Shown here: positions 10,096 through 22,279 of the stretch, in pieces
Position numbering within the stretch: the first letter of the stretch is position 1
How the letters are laid out: each line of letters begins with the position of its first letter
From: Demequina sp.
Lineage (GTDB): Bacteria > Actinomycetota > Actinomycetes > Actinomycetales > Demequinaceae
DNA length: 64,000 bases
NCBI RefSeq assembly: GCF_024642165.1
Contig: NZ_JAHEBP010000001.1
Location: forward strand, 2,044 to 66,043
Direction of reading: 5' to 3'
Notes under the pieces: generated by a model
The model's database searches: none
Seen by the model: the letters and a program-made list of their open reading frames with translations, nothing else
Told to the model about the DNA's origin: nothing
Position numbers and translations under genes: made by a program

Positions 10096-11342
10096 CCGAG
10101 CCCATCGAGGCCTCGCCCATCGAGGACGAGACCGCCCCCGCCATCCCGCTCACCGTGCCTGCCGACGGCGTGCCGCCGCTCATCGACACCCCCGAGGCTC
10201 TGGCCGCGGCGTGCGCGGCGTTCGCGGCCGGCACCGGCCCCGTCGCCGCCGACGCGGAGCGGGCGTCCGGGTTCCGCTACGGCCAAAGCACCTATCTGGC
10301 GCAGTTCAAGCGCGCCGGCGCCGGGATCGCGCTGATCGACACGGCCGCGCTCCCCGACCTCGGGGCCTTCTCAGAGGCGCTGGGCGACGCGGAGTGGGTG
10401 TTCCACGCCGCCAGCCAGGACCTCCCCGGGATGCGGGAGCTAGGGATGACCCCGGCACGGGTGTTCGACACCGAGCTGGGGGCGCGCCTGCTCGGCTGGC
10501 CCAAGGTGGGCCTCGCCGCCGTGGTCGAACGCGAACTGGGGTTCGCGCTGGCGAAGGAGCACTCGGCCCAGGACTGGTCCACGCGGCCACTCCCCCACGA
10601 TTGGCTGGTGTACGCCGCGCTCGACGTGGAGGTGCTGCTGGACCTGCGCGAGCGGCTCGGGTCCCATCTCGAGGCGGCGGGCAAGCTCGAGTGGGCGGAG
10701 CAGGAGTTCGAGGCCGTGCGCCTGGCGCCCCCGGCGGAGCCTCGCATCGATCCGTGGCGACGCACGTCGGGATCTCACCTGGTGCGTGACCAGCGTTCGC
10801 TCGCGATCGTGAGGTCGCTCTGGGAGGCGCGCGAGGCCGAGGCGCACCGCCGGGACACGTCGCCAGGCCGGGTGCTACGAGACCAGGCGATCGTCGCGGC
10901 CGCGCTTGCGCGCCCCACTTCGCTCGAGCAGCTGGTCGCGGTGCGGGAGTTCCAGTCGAAGGGCACCCGCCGCCGCGCCTCGCAGTGGTACGTCGCGGTC
11001 GCAGAAGCCATGGCGCTGCCGGATGCCGAGCTCCCGGCGCGGCGCGCGCCCCAGGGCGACGGCCCGCCGCAGCAGCGGATCTGGAGGGACAAGCGTCCCG
11101 AGGCCTACGCGCGGCTCATGGCCGCGCGCGGGCGCATCATCGCGCTCGTCGAGCTTCATTCGGTTCCCGCCGAGAACCTGCTCCAGCCCGACGCCCTGCG
11201 CCGGGCGTGCTGGGAGTATCCCGGCGGCGGGGGCGAGCAGTGGATCCGCGACTTCCTCGCCGGGCGTGGCGCCCGGCAGTGGCAGATCGACCTCACGGCG
11301 CCGGAGCTCGCCGCCGCATTTGCGGAGCCGGCGGGTTCTTGA
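10092..11342 (+). CDS. rnd: Ribonuclease D (3'-5' exonuclease + HRDC)
   Basis: ADAERASGFRY, FHAASQDL, FDTELG, DWSTRPLP..WLVYAALDV; GTGA overlap with DUF3000 gene. Confidence 0.93.
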   Translation: MTEPIEASPIEDETAPAIPLTVPADGVPPLIDTPEALAAACAAFAAGTGPVAADAERASGFRYGQSTYLAQFKRAGAGIALIDTAALPDLGAFSEALGDAEWVFHAASQDLPGMRELGMTPARVFDTELGARLLGWPKVGLAAVVERELGFALAKEHSAQDWSTRPLPHDWLVYAALDVEVLLDLRERLGSHLEAAGKLEWAEQEFEAVRLAPPAEPRIDPWRRTSGSHLVRDQRSLAIVRSLWEAREAEAHRRDTSPGRVLRDQAIVAAALARPTSLEQLVAVREFQSKGTRRRASQWYVAVAEAMALPDAELPARRAPQGDGPPQQRIWRDKRPEAYARLMAARGRIIALVELHSVPAENLLQPDALRRACWEYPGGGGEQWIRDFLAGRGARQWQIDLTAPELAAAFAEPAGS

Positions 11343-11368
11343 GCCGACTGCCGCCCGTCCCGCGTCAA

Positions 11369-11430
11369 CAACGGTGCGGAATTGTGTCGTTTTCGGGCCC
11401 GAATCCCGTCAACGGTGCGGATCAGTGTCG
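11369..11430. repeat. Imperfect 21-bp direct repeat enclosing a 12-bp palindrome, between convergent rnd and dxs
   Basis: CAACGGTGCGGAATTGTGTCG (11369-11389) and CAACGGTGCGGATCAGTGTCG (11410-11430); TTCGGGCCCGAA at 11392-11403. Confidence 0.8.
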
Positions 11431-11436
11431 CGGAGC

Positions 11437-13299
11437 TCAGTCCCTCGAGAGCCGCGCCAGGGTGTCGTCGGCGATCGCGGACGGGTCGAGCCCTAGATCG
11501 TCGACGATCTGAGCCCGGGACGCGTGCTGGAGGAACTCGCGCGGCACCCCGTGGTGCGACCACTGCGCCGTGAGCCCCGCGAGCCGGGCGTACGACGCCC
11601 ACTCCTCGCCGATCCCCGCGTCGGTCAGGCCGTCCTCGACGGTCACCACCAGCTCGGCCCCGTCGATGAGCTCGGCGAGGCCCGCCGGCACCGGATGCAC
11701 CCACGTCGCGGTAGCCGCCAGCGCGTCGATGCCATCGGCCGCGATCTTGTCGGCAGCGTCGACTGCCGCGCTGGCCATCGACCCGAGTCCGACCACCACC
11801 ACGCGCGGCGCGTCTCCATGCTGCGCGAGCACCTCGAGGTCCCCGACCTGGCGAACAGCGGGGATGGGATCGCCCACCGCGCCCTTCGGGTATCGGACCA
11901 CCGTGGGGGCGTCGTCGACGTCGAGAGCCTCGCGGAACGCGCGGCGCAGGGTCGGCTCGTCCCGCGGCGCGGCGAGGCGCAGCCCCGGAACGTGGCGCAG
12001 CAGCGCCATGTCCCACATGCCGTTGTGGCTGGGTCCGTCGTCGCCGGTGATGCCCGCCCGGTCGAGCATGAAGGTTACGCCCGCGCGGTGGAGCGCCACG
12101 TCCATCAACACCTGGTCGAAGGCGCGGTTGAGGAACGTCGCGTACACGGCGACCACGGGGTGCAAGCCGGCGTAGGCGAGCCCCGCCGCACTGGTGACGG
12201 CGTGCTGCTCGGCGATTCCCACGTCGATCACTCGATCCGGGTGAAGATCGGCGAGCGGCTGCAGGCCCACCGGCGCCAGCATCGCCGCGGTCAACGCGAC
12301 AACGTCCGGCCGCTCCTCGGCGACGGACACGATCTCGTCCGCGAAGACGGACGTCCACCCGAAGCGGGACTCCTCGATGGGGAGGCCGGTCTCCGGATGG
12401 ATCCGGCCCACGGCGTGGAAGCGATCGGCCGCGTCCTGCTCGGCGGGGCTGTAGCCACGGCCCTTCTCCGTGAGGACATGCACCAGCACGGGTCGGTCGA
12501 GCTCGCGGGCCTGAGCGAGCGCCCTCTCGACACGGCGCTGATCGTGCCCATCGATGGGACCGATGTACTTGAGCCCCAGGTCGGAGAACATGCTCGCGTC
12601 CGTGAGCAGGCCCTTGAGGGCGCGCTTGCCGTGCATGACAGACATGTAGGCGAAGTTGCGGAACGGACCGCGATTCTCGAAGGTGCGCTTGCCCCATCCG
12701 AGGAAGTCCTCGTACCTGCGGTCGGTCCGGATTCCGTCCAGCTTGCGCGCGAGGCCCCCGGTGGTGGGCGCATACGATCGGCCGTTGTCGTTGACGATCA
12801 CGACCACCCGGTCGTCCGAGGCTCCTAGCGAGTTGAGCGCCTCCCAGGCCATCCCGCCGGTGAGCGCGCCGTCGCCGATGACCGCGACCGTGGTGCGCTC
12901 CGACTCGCCCCGCAACGTGTGGCCGCGAGCGATTCCCGCGGCCCACGAGAGTGCCGTCGAGGCGTGGGAGTTCTCGACGATGTCGTGGATGCTCTCCTGG
13001 CGCGCGGGGTAGCCCGCGAGTCCGCCGCGCCGACGGAGCGCCGAGAAGTCCTGCCGACCGGTGAGGAGCTTGTGGACGTAGGCCTGGTGACCAGTGTCGA
13101 AGACGATGGAGTCGTGGGGCGAATCGAAGACCCGGTGGATGCCGATCGTGAGCTCGACCACGCCGAGGTTCGGACCCAGGTGCCCGCCGGTCCGGGACAC
13201 GTTGTCGACCAGGAAGTCGCGGATCTCCGACGACAGCTCGGCGAGCTGCTCGTACGAGAGCGCACGCAGATCACGCGGCGATCCGATGCGCTCCAGCAC
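11437..13299 (-). CDS. dxs: 1-deoxy-D-xylulose-5-phosphate synthase
   Basis: GGHLGPNLGVVELT, DTGHQAYVHK, GDGALTGG, GIAEQHA, DGPSH. Confidence 0.97.
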   Translation of the reverse strand: MLERIGSPRDLRALSYEQLAELSSEIRDFLVDNVSRTGGHLGPNLGVVELTIGIHRVFDSPHDSIVFDTGHQAYVHKLLTGRQDFSALRRRGGLAGYPARQESIHDIVENSHASTALSWAAGIARGHTLRGESERTTVAVIGDGALTGGMAWEALNSLGASDDRVVVIVNDNGRSYAPTTGGLARKLDGIRTDRRYEDFLGWGKRTFENRGPFRNFAYMSVMHGKRALKGLLTDASMFSDLGLKYIGPIDGHDQRRVERALAQARELDRPVLVHVLTEKGRGYSPAEQDAADRFHAVGRIHPETGLPIEESRFGWTSVFADEIVSVAEERPDVVALTAAMLAPVGLQPLADLHPDRVIDVGIAEQHAVTSAAGLAYAGLHPVVAVYATFLNRAFDQVLMDVALHRAGVTFMLDRAGITGDDGPSHNGMWDMALLRHVPGLRLAAPRDEPTLRRAFREALDVDDAPTVVRYPKGAVGDPIPAVRQVGDLEVLAQHGDAPRVVVVGLGSMASAAVDAADKIAADGIDALAATATWVHPVPAGLAELIDGAELVVTVEDGLTDAGIGEEWASYARLAGLTAQWSHHGVPREFLQHASRAQIVDDLGLDPSAIADDTLARLSRD

Positions 13300-13398
13300 G
13301 CGTGCTCCTCACTCGTTCGTGACCACCCACTGTACGACCAGCGGGCCGGCGGCCCCGTCCTGCGCGTCAACGCTGGACGGGGCCCCGATGCTTCCCGC

Positions 13399-16080
<2,682 letters not shown>

Positions 16081-16173
16081 GCGTCTCCTCCGTGCTCGGG
16101 GATCTCCCCCTCATCGTGCCTGCGGTCATCCTATCGGCCCTCCTGGACCGCAGGTCCCCAGCGAACGCCGCCG

Positions 16174-17373
16174 TCAGGCGCGCTCGAACGTCGCCACGGC
16201 CTCCACATGGTGGGTCATCGGGAACAGGTCGAACGCCTGCGCGTCGCTCATGACATACCCGTGCGCGGCCAGCAGCGCAGTGTCGCGCGCGAGCGCCACG
16301 GGGTCGCACGCCACGTAGACCACCCTCGGCACTCCCAGAGCGGCGAGCGCGTCGACGGTGCGGGCGCCGGCGCCAGATCGCGGCGGGTCGAGCACCACCA
16401 CACCCGGCGCGGGTTCGCCGGACGCCAGGTACGCGCGGGTATCCGAGTGGACGATGCGCACCCCGGGCATCCCGTGGGCGTTCCGCCGCGCGTCGCGGGA
16501 GGCGCGGGCATCGGATTCGACGGCCGTGACGGCACGGCCCTGGGACCCGAGCGGGATGGTGAACAGCCCGGCACCGGAGTACAGGTCCACCACCGACGAT
16601 GCGTCGCCGACGCGGTCGAGAACCTCGGCCACGAGGACGGCCGGCGCGTCAAGGTGAACCTGCCAGAAGCCCTCGACATCGACCTGGTAGCCCCATCGGC
16701 CGTCGCGGGTCTCCACCTCCTCGTGTACGCGGCGCGGCGCGTTGTCGCGCCGGTCCGCGCGACCGTTCCGCCACGGCACTCCGTCCACCACGATGCGCGG
16801 CGCGACCCCTCCGGGCGCCACGGCGTGAATGCGGCTGCCGGCCGGGAATCGGCCGGAGAGCAAGGAGTCCTCCAGCTCGGGCGCCGCGAGCGGCAGCCTC
16901 TCGAGCCGGCGCACCTCGCGCGACCGATGCAGATGCATGGCGGCCCGGCCCTCCGCGTCGGCCACCGCGTCCGCGCGGGTCCGCCAGCCCCAGCCGCCGC
17001 GCGCATCGTCGCCCGGCGCTGCCGTCACCGTGCCGGGGAACTCCCGATCGGCGAAGCGCACGAACGCCTCACGCAGCACGGCGAGCTTCCACTCGCGCTG
17101 CGCGGGCAGCGCGACGTGTGCCAGCTCTCCCCCGCCCACGCCGGCGGGCCCGGCCTCGGGCCAGGCGGAGTCGACCCGATCCGGCGACGGCGTGAGGATC
17201 TCGACGGCGTCCGCTCGCCACAGCCGCGCATCGTCGCCCGCGTCCGTGAGCCGGGCGCGCACACGCTCGCCGGGGAGGGTGTGCCGAACGAAGATGACGC
17301 GACCCTCGTGGCGAGCGACGCAGTGCCCGCCGTGCGCGACCGCGCCGATGTCGAGCTCGAGCAGATCACTCAT
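16174..17373 (-). CDS. TRAM-domain class I SAM-dependent RNA (uracil-5) methyltransferase, TrmA/RlmD family
   Basis: AHGGHCVAR TRAM start, FWQVH, DLYSGAG, LDPPRSG, YVACDP, DLFPMTHHVE. Confidence 0.92.
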   Translation of the reverse strand: MSDLLELDIGAVAHGGHCVARHEGRVIFVRHTLPGERVRARLTDAGDDARLWRADAVEILTPSPDRVDSAWPEAGPAGVGGGELAHVALPAQREWKLAVLREAFVRFADREFPGTVTAAPGDDARGGWGWRTRADAVADAEGRAAMHLHRSREVRRLERLPLAAPELEDSLLSGRFPAGSRIHAVAPGGVAPRIVVDGVPWRNGRADRRDNAPRRVHEEVETRDGRWGYQVDVEGFWQVHLDAPAVLVAEVLDRVGDASSVVDLYSGAGLFTIPLGSQGRAVTAVESDARASRDARRNAHGMPGVRIVHSDTRAYLASGEPAPGVVVLDPPRSGAGARTVDALAALGVPRVVYVACDPVALARDTALLAAHGYVMSDAQAFDLFPMTHHVEAVATFERA

Positions 17374-19282
17374 CCGGGTCGCCGTCCAAGGCCTCGACCT
17401 GGGCGAGCTCGCGCGTGAACGATGCGGCCTCACCCTCGCCGAGCGCGGAGGACAGGTGCCACGGCACGGCCGCCACCACCACGCGCGGGATGGACAGCAG
17501 TTTCGAGCGCAGTCGCATCGACGCCCTGTTGTGCAGGAATCGCTCCCACCACCGGCCCACGATGTACTCGGGCACGTACACGACCACCATGTCGCGCGGC
17601 GACTGCAGGTGCGTCGAGCGCACGTGCTCCAGCACGGGGCTTGCGAGGTCGCGGTACGGGGAGTCGAGGATCACCAGCGGGACGCTCAGCCCGAGCTCGC
17701 CCCACTGGCGCTGGAGCTCCGCCGTCGCACGGGGCTCGATCTGCACGGCCACGGCCTGGAGCGATGCGTGGCGAGCGGCCTTCGCATACGCGACGGCGCG
17801 CAGCGCCGGACGGTGCAGCTGCGCCACCAGGACGATGCCGTGGGTCGAGCTGGGGCGTGCGGAGGCGGGATCGTCGGGCAGGATCTCGAGCTGCTCCCTG
17901 ACGTTCGCGTAGTGCGCCGAGATGCCGCGCATGAGCAGCACCAGGGCGACCACGAGCAGCAGCGCGAACCATGCGCCGGCGCCGAAGTTGAACACCGCGA
18001 TGATGATCCAGACGCCGGCCGCCACGCCCGCCGCGGCGCCGTGCAGAGCGCGCGTGCCCATCATGCGCAGTCGCACCCGGCCGGACGGCTGCAGCGCGAT
18101 CCGCGCGCTCATCAGCCGGATCATGGCGAGCTGGCTGAGCACGATCGCCGCGAACGCACCGATGAGGTACATGTGCACCAGCTGCTCGAGGCGGGCGCCC
18201 GTGACCACCACCACGATCGCCGAGAAGCCGGCGACCCACAGCACCGCACCGCGGAACACCATCCGGTCGCTCTGCTGCGCCAGCTGTCGGGGCAGGAACG
18301 AATCCTGCGCCAAGAGTGAGGAGAGCCCCGCGAACCGCCGGAACACCGAGGAGGCGGCGGCGTAGAGGATGGCCACGGTGGGGACGGCGACCAGCCACAA
18401 GGCCCAAGGGGCGTGGAAGATGCGGTCCGCGGCCTGCAGCAGCACCGGGCCGGACTGCCACCCGGACACCCGGAAGCGCCACACCATCAGCGACACGGCG
18501 AGGAAGGCCACGGCTCCCGCCAGCACCGCGAGGATCAGGGTTCGACCCGCGCGCTTGGCTCGCGGCTCGGCGTGGTACGGAGCGGATGACGAGAGGTGCT
18601 CGATGCCCGTGAGCATCACGGCGCCCGACGCTATCGCGCCCGCGAACGCGAGGGCGGAGGACCACGCTGCCTCGGGCGGCACGGTGGTCAACGGCGCCAC
18701 ATCGTCGCGCGTCGCGCCGAAGACGAAGACGATGCCCACCATCAGCAGGAAGCCGAACCACACGGCGAACATCAGCCGCGCCCGCTCTCGGATGCCGCGG
18801 AGGTTCGCGAGCGTCATGACGGCGATGGCGAGCAGTGCGATCTGCGTGTGCCAGCCGCTCGAGTCGGGGATCACGAACACCACGAACTGGGAGATGGCGG
18901 CGACGGAGACGGCCACCGTGAAGATGTAGTCGACCAGCAGCGCCGAGCCGGTGACCAGACCCGCATTGGGGCCCAGCCGGTCCCTCACGATCCCGTAGTC
19001 GCCGCGCTCGTCGGGCCGCTTGCGGACGTTGGACCGGTAGGCGAAGCCGAGCAGGACCATGATCGCGACCACGCCTAGGGCCATCCACGGCAGCGTGGAC
19101 TGCACGGCGCCCTTGCGCAGCGCGTCGATCACCGCGTCGGGTGCGTACGCAACCGTCGACAGCAGGCTCGCCCCGAACACGGGCAGGGCGAGGCGCGTCC
19201 GCAGCGCGGGGCGCTGGGCGCGTTCCGTCGCGATCGGACGGCCGAAGACCAGCAGTTTCAGGCTTTCGAGAAACCTCTGCAC
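17366..19282 (-). CDS. APC family permease, KimA/Rv2690c-like
   Basis: LKLLVFGRP, LSTVAYAP, ALLVDYIFTVAVS, LTGIE, about 12 TM plus C-terminal SPYR and WWERFLHN domain; start uncertain (19282 GTG or 19303). Confidence 0.88.
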   Translation of the reverse strand: MQRFLESLKLLVFGRPIATERAQRPALRTRLALPVFGASLLSTVAYAPDAVIDALRKGAVQSTLPWMALGVVAIMVLLGFAYRSNVRKRPDERGDYGIVRDRLGPNAGLVTGSALLVDYIFTVAVSVAAISQFVVFVIPDSSGWHTQIALLAIAVMTLANLRGIRERARLMFAVWFGFLLMVGIVFVFGATRDDVAPLTTVPPEAAWSSALAFAGAIASGAVMLTGIEHLSSSAPYHAEPRAKRAGRTLILAVLAGAVAFLAVSLMVWRFRVSGWQSGPVLLQAADRIFHAPWALWLVAVPTVAILYAAASSVFRRFAGLSSLLAQDSFLPRQLAQQSDRMVFRGAVLWVAGFSAIVVVVTGARLEQLVHMYLIGAFAAIVLSQLAMIRLMSARIALQPSGRVRLRMMGTRALHGAAAGVAAGVWIIIAVFNFGAGAWFALLLVVALVLLMRGISAHYANVREQLEILPDDPASARPSSTHGIVLVAQLHRPALRAVAYAKAARHASLQAVAVQIEPRATAELQRQWGELGLSVPLVILDSPYRDLASPVLEHVRSTHLQSPRDMVVVYVPEYIVGRWWERFLHNRASMRLRSKLLSIPRVVVAAVPWHLSSALGEGEAASFTRELAQVEALDGDPDE

Positions 19283-19323
19283 GTCGCACCATCCTAGGCT
19301 CAACGGGTATAGCGTGGGTCTCC

Positions 19324-19989
19324 GTGCACATCGTGATCATGGGCTGTGGCCGCACCGGCGCGGCGCTCGCCACCGAATTCGAGGCACGCGGCCACAGCGT
19401 GGCCATCATCGACCAGTCCGGAGACGCCTTCCGGCGGCTGCCCGCCTCCTTCAAGGGACAACGCATCACCGGCATCGGCTTCGACCGCGACACGCTGGTC
19501 TCCGCGGGCGTGGAGGATGCCTACGGGTTCGCCGCCGTGTCCGACGGCGACAACTCGAACATCCTCGCCGCGCGCGTGGTGCGCGAAACCTATGGCGTCG
19601 ACAACGTGGTGGCTCGCATCGCCGACTCCGGCCGAGCGGACGTGTATCGCAGGCTCGGCATCCCGACGGTCGCTCCCGTCCCGTGGACCGCGGCGCAGAT
19701 CGTGTCGCGACTGCTTCCCGGAGGCAGCGACGATCTGTACCTCGACCCCTCCGCGGGGATCGGCCTGCGACGCTTGCGGGTTGACTCGGGGTGGGTGGGC
19801 CGCCGGTACGAGGATCTCCAACAGAACTCGGGGGCGCGGGTGGCCTACCTGGTGCGCTTCGGGGATCGGTTGCTGCCGAACGCGGAGACGCTCGTGCAGG
19901 AGGGTGACGAGGCCTACTTCGTCATGGCGACGGGCGACGGTCCGGACCCGACACGGGTCATCGGGCGCGCACCGGAGGTGGCCAAGTGA
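19324..19989 (+). CDS. trkA: TrkA/CeoB RCK potassium transport regulatory protein
   Basis: HIVIMGCGRTG Rossmann motif, SDGDNSNILAAR. Confidence 0.92.
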   Translation: MHIVIMGCGRTGAALATEFEARGHSVAIIDQSGDAFRRLPASFKGQRITGIGFDRDTLVSAGVEDAYGFAAVSDGDNSNILAARVVRETYGVDNVVARIADSGRADVYRRLGIPTVAPVPWTAAQIVSRLLPGGSDDLYLDPSAGIGLRRLRVDSGWVGRRYEDLQQNSGARVAYLVRFGDRLLPNAETLVQEGDEAYFVMATGDGPDPTRVIGRAPEVAK

Positions 19990-20672
19990 AGGTGATGATC
20001 GCCGGCGCAGGCTCCGTGGGGCGCTCCATCGCACGCGACCTCCTCGAGCACGGCCACGAGGTGCTGCTCGTCGACTCCAGCCCCGCCGCGATGCGGGTGG
20101 CACAGGTGGCCGACGCGGAGTGGATGCTCGCCGACGTCTGCGAGCTCTCCGCGCTACGGGATGCCCAGGTCGAGGGCATGGACGTGGTGGTGGCGGCCAC
20201 GGGGGACGACAAGGCGAACCTGGTGGTGTCCTTCCTCGCGAAGACGGAGTTCGGGGTCCCCCGCACCGTGGCGCGGGTGAACAACCCCCGCAACGAATGG
20301 ATGTACGACGCTCAATGGGGCGTCGATGTCGCCGTGTCGACGCCTCGCATCATGACCGCCATGGTCGAGGAGGCCGTAGCGATCGGGGACCTCGTGCGCG
20401 TGTTCACCTTCCGCCAGTCGGGCGCCGCGATGGTCGAGGTGACCCTCCCGCCCGGCTCACCGGTGATCGGCGTGCTGCTGCGCGAGCTCCAGTGGCCCGT
20501 GGACATCGTGCTCGCCTGCATCGTGCGCGGCGATCGCACCATCGCCCCGTCGCCGGACGACACCCTCGAGGCTCACGACGAGCTGCTGTTCATCGTGTCG
20601 TCGGAGGCGGAGCCTGAGTCTCTCGAGCACCTGCTTCGCCACGGGCCAGGAGCCACACGCCCCACAGCGTGA
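19986..20672 (+). CDS. trkA: TrkA/CeoC RCK potassium transport regulatory protein
   Basis: MIAGAGSVG, ATGDDKANL, ARVNNPRNEW, C-terminal TrkA-C domain; GTGA overlap. Confidence 0.92.
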   Translation: MKVMIAGAGSVGRSIARDLLEHGHEVLLVDSSPAAMRVAQVADAEWMLADVCELSALRDAQVEGMDVVVAATGDDKANLVVSFLAKTEFGVPRTVARVNNPRNEWMYDAQWGVDVAVSTPRIMTAMVEEAVAIGDLVRVFTFRQSGAAMVEVTLPPGSPVIGVLLRELQWPVDIVLACIVRGDRTIAPSPDDTLEAHDELLFIVSSEAEPESLEHLLRHGPGATRPTA

Positions 20673-21255
20673 GCGCGAACAGCGGCACTCCCATGGCGAG
20701 TTTCGCGGTGCCGAGCGCGGCGACCTCGCCGGCGAAGTACAACGGCAGCTGAACGGCGAGACGCAGCGCGAACATCGCCGCGAGGACGGCGGACGCGAGC
20801 TGGAAGCGACGGCGCTCCGCCGGCCGGGCGCGCCACGAGGTGCCCTCGCCGCGGATCAGCCCGATGACGATGCCCACCACCGGCCAGCCCACGGCCATGG
20901 AGATCAGCACGCCCGTCAGGTAGGCACCGTTGAGCCACAGGCCGGGCGTGAAGTACCCGGAGGCGTCGCCCGACCGCCACGCCCAGATCGCGCCGATCGC
21001 GACCCCGATCGCCCCCGACAGGGCCTGAGTCACCGGGGTCCGCTGGATCAGGCGGACCGCGACCATCGCCACCATCACGCCCGCCGAGGCGAGCACGGGC
21101 ACGCGGAAGCCGCCCCACCCCAAATAGGCGACAACGAAGACGATGCCGGGGAGCGAGGACTCGACGAAGCCTCGCCATCCGCCCACAGCCTCGTGGAGGG
21201 AGAACGTCTCCCCGCCGAGGAGGCGAGCGGCCTTAGAGTCCTCGGCGCCGCTCAT
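20590..21255 (-). CDS. DUF3159 membrane protein
   Basis: AVGGWRGFVESSLP, WPVVG, RLAVQLPLY, LGTAKLAMGVPL. Confidence 0.88.
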   Translation of the reverse strand: MSGAEDSKAARLLGGETFSLHEAVGGWRGFVESSLPGIVFVVAYLGWGGFRVPVLASAGVMVAMVAVRLIQRTPVTQALSGAIGVAIGAIWAWRSGDASGYFTPGLWLNGAYLTGVLISMAVGWPVVGIVIGLIRGEGTSWRARPAERRRFQLASAVLAAMFALRLAVQLPLYFAGEVAALGTAKLAMGVPLFALTLWGVWLLARGEAGARETQAPPPTTR

Positions 21256-21536
21256 GCGCGCGTGATCAGCTGGTAGCGGGGGTTGTACAGGCGCGGGACC
21301 GAGTCGGTGGCGCACACGCGCCCCTCGAGCTCGAGACGCGCCCCGGGCCCGATGCCCGGCACGTCGCGGCGGCCCATGAAGACTGCGTCGATGCGGCCCG
21401 TGGCGTCCTCGAGCCTGACGGTGAACGCCGGCGGCGCGTCCGAGGGCTCGACCTGGATCGCCACCACCCGGCCGGCGACGCGAGCGACCTCGCGCGGCTG
21501 GACCTCGGAGATGGGCCGGGTGACCCCGTCCGTCAC
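21252..21536 (-). CDS. OB-fold nucleic-acid-binding protein (Rv2694c-like)
   Basis: LEDATGRIDAVFMGRRDVPGI, YNPRYQL. Confidence 0.85.
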   Translation of the reverse strand: MTDGVTRPISEVQPREVARVAGRVVAIQVEPSDAPPAFTVRLEDATGRIDAVFMGRRDVPGIGPGARLELEGRVCATDSVPRLYNPRYQLITRA

Positions 21537-21976
21537 GACGCTCCCGTCGAACCGAAGCCGCCCTCGCCGCGATGCGAACCGGGCAGCGCCTCGACGGGCA
21601 CGAAGGCCGCACGCTCGACGCGCTGGATCACGAGCTGCGCGATCCGGTCGCCCGCGGCGAGCCGCGCCGTCTCGCGCGGATCGGTGTTGAGGAGCGTGAC
21701 GGAGACCTCGCCGCGGTAGCCGGCGTCCACGGTGCCGGGCGCGTTCACGATGGTGATGCCGTGACGGGACGCGAGACCGGAGCGCGGGTGCACGAAGGCG
21801 GCATAGCCGTCGGGCAGCGCGAGCCGGAGACCGGTGGGCACCGTGGCGCGCTCGCCGGGCTCGAGGGTCACGTCGACACGGGTCGTGACGTCCGCGCCCG
21901 CGTCCCCCGGATGGGAGTAGCTCGGCAGCGGCACGTCCGGAGAGGTCGTGCTGACGAGGATCTCGAGATCAGCCAT
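21533..21976 (-). CDS. dut: dUTP diphosphatase
   Basis: GDAGAD, HPRSGLA, NAPGTVDAGYRGE, RGEGGFGSTG. Confidence 0.97.
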   Translation of the reverse strand: MADLEILVSTTSPDVPLPSYSHPGDAGADVTTRVDVTLEPGERATVPTGLRLALPDGYAAFVHPRSGLASRHGITIVNAPGTVDAGYRGEVSVTLLNTDPRETARLAAGDRIAQLVIQRVERAAFVPVEALPGSHRGEGGFGSTGAS

Positions 21977-21979
21977 GCG

Positions 21980-22279
21980 TCAGGCCGCGCACTCCGAGCA
22001 GATCGGCTGGTCGTTCCTGAAGGTGGCGAGCTGGCTGCGGTGATGCACCAGGAAGCAGGACATGCAGGTGAACTCGTCCTGCTGCGGGGGCAGGACCCGG
22101 ACGGAGAGCTCCTCGCCGGAGAGGTCGGCTCCGGGCAGCTCGAAGCCCTCGGCGGCCTCCGCCTCGTCCTCGTCGACCACGCCCGAGGACTTGTCGGCGC
22201 GACGGGCCTTGAGCTCCTCGATCGAGTCGGCCGAGATCTCGTCATCGGTCTTGCGCGGAGCGTCGTAATCCGTTGCCAT
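21980..22279 (-). CDS. DUF4193 family protein
   Basis: MATDYDAPRK, ELPGADLSGEEL, DEFTCMSCFLVHHRSQL...CSEC. Confidence 0.93.
   Translation of the reverse strand: MATDYDAPRKTDDEISADSIEELKARRADKSSGVVDEDEAEAAEGFELPGADLSGEELSVRVLPPQQDEFTCMSCFLVHHRSQLATFRNDQPICSECAA

Noticed and set aside
8034-11342. 1102-aa plus-strand ORF suggesting a giant RNase D fusion
   Set aside because: The first ~686 codons are the antisense shadow of gndA and an off-frame reading of DUF3000; the real rnd starts at GTG 10092
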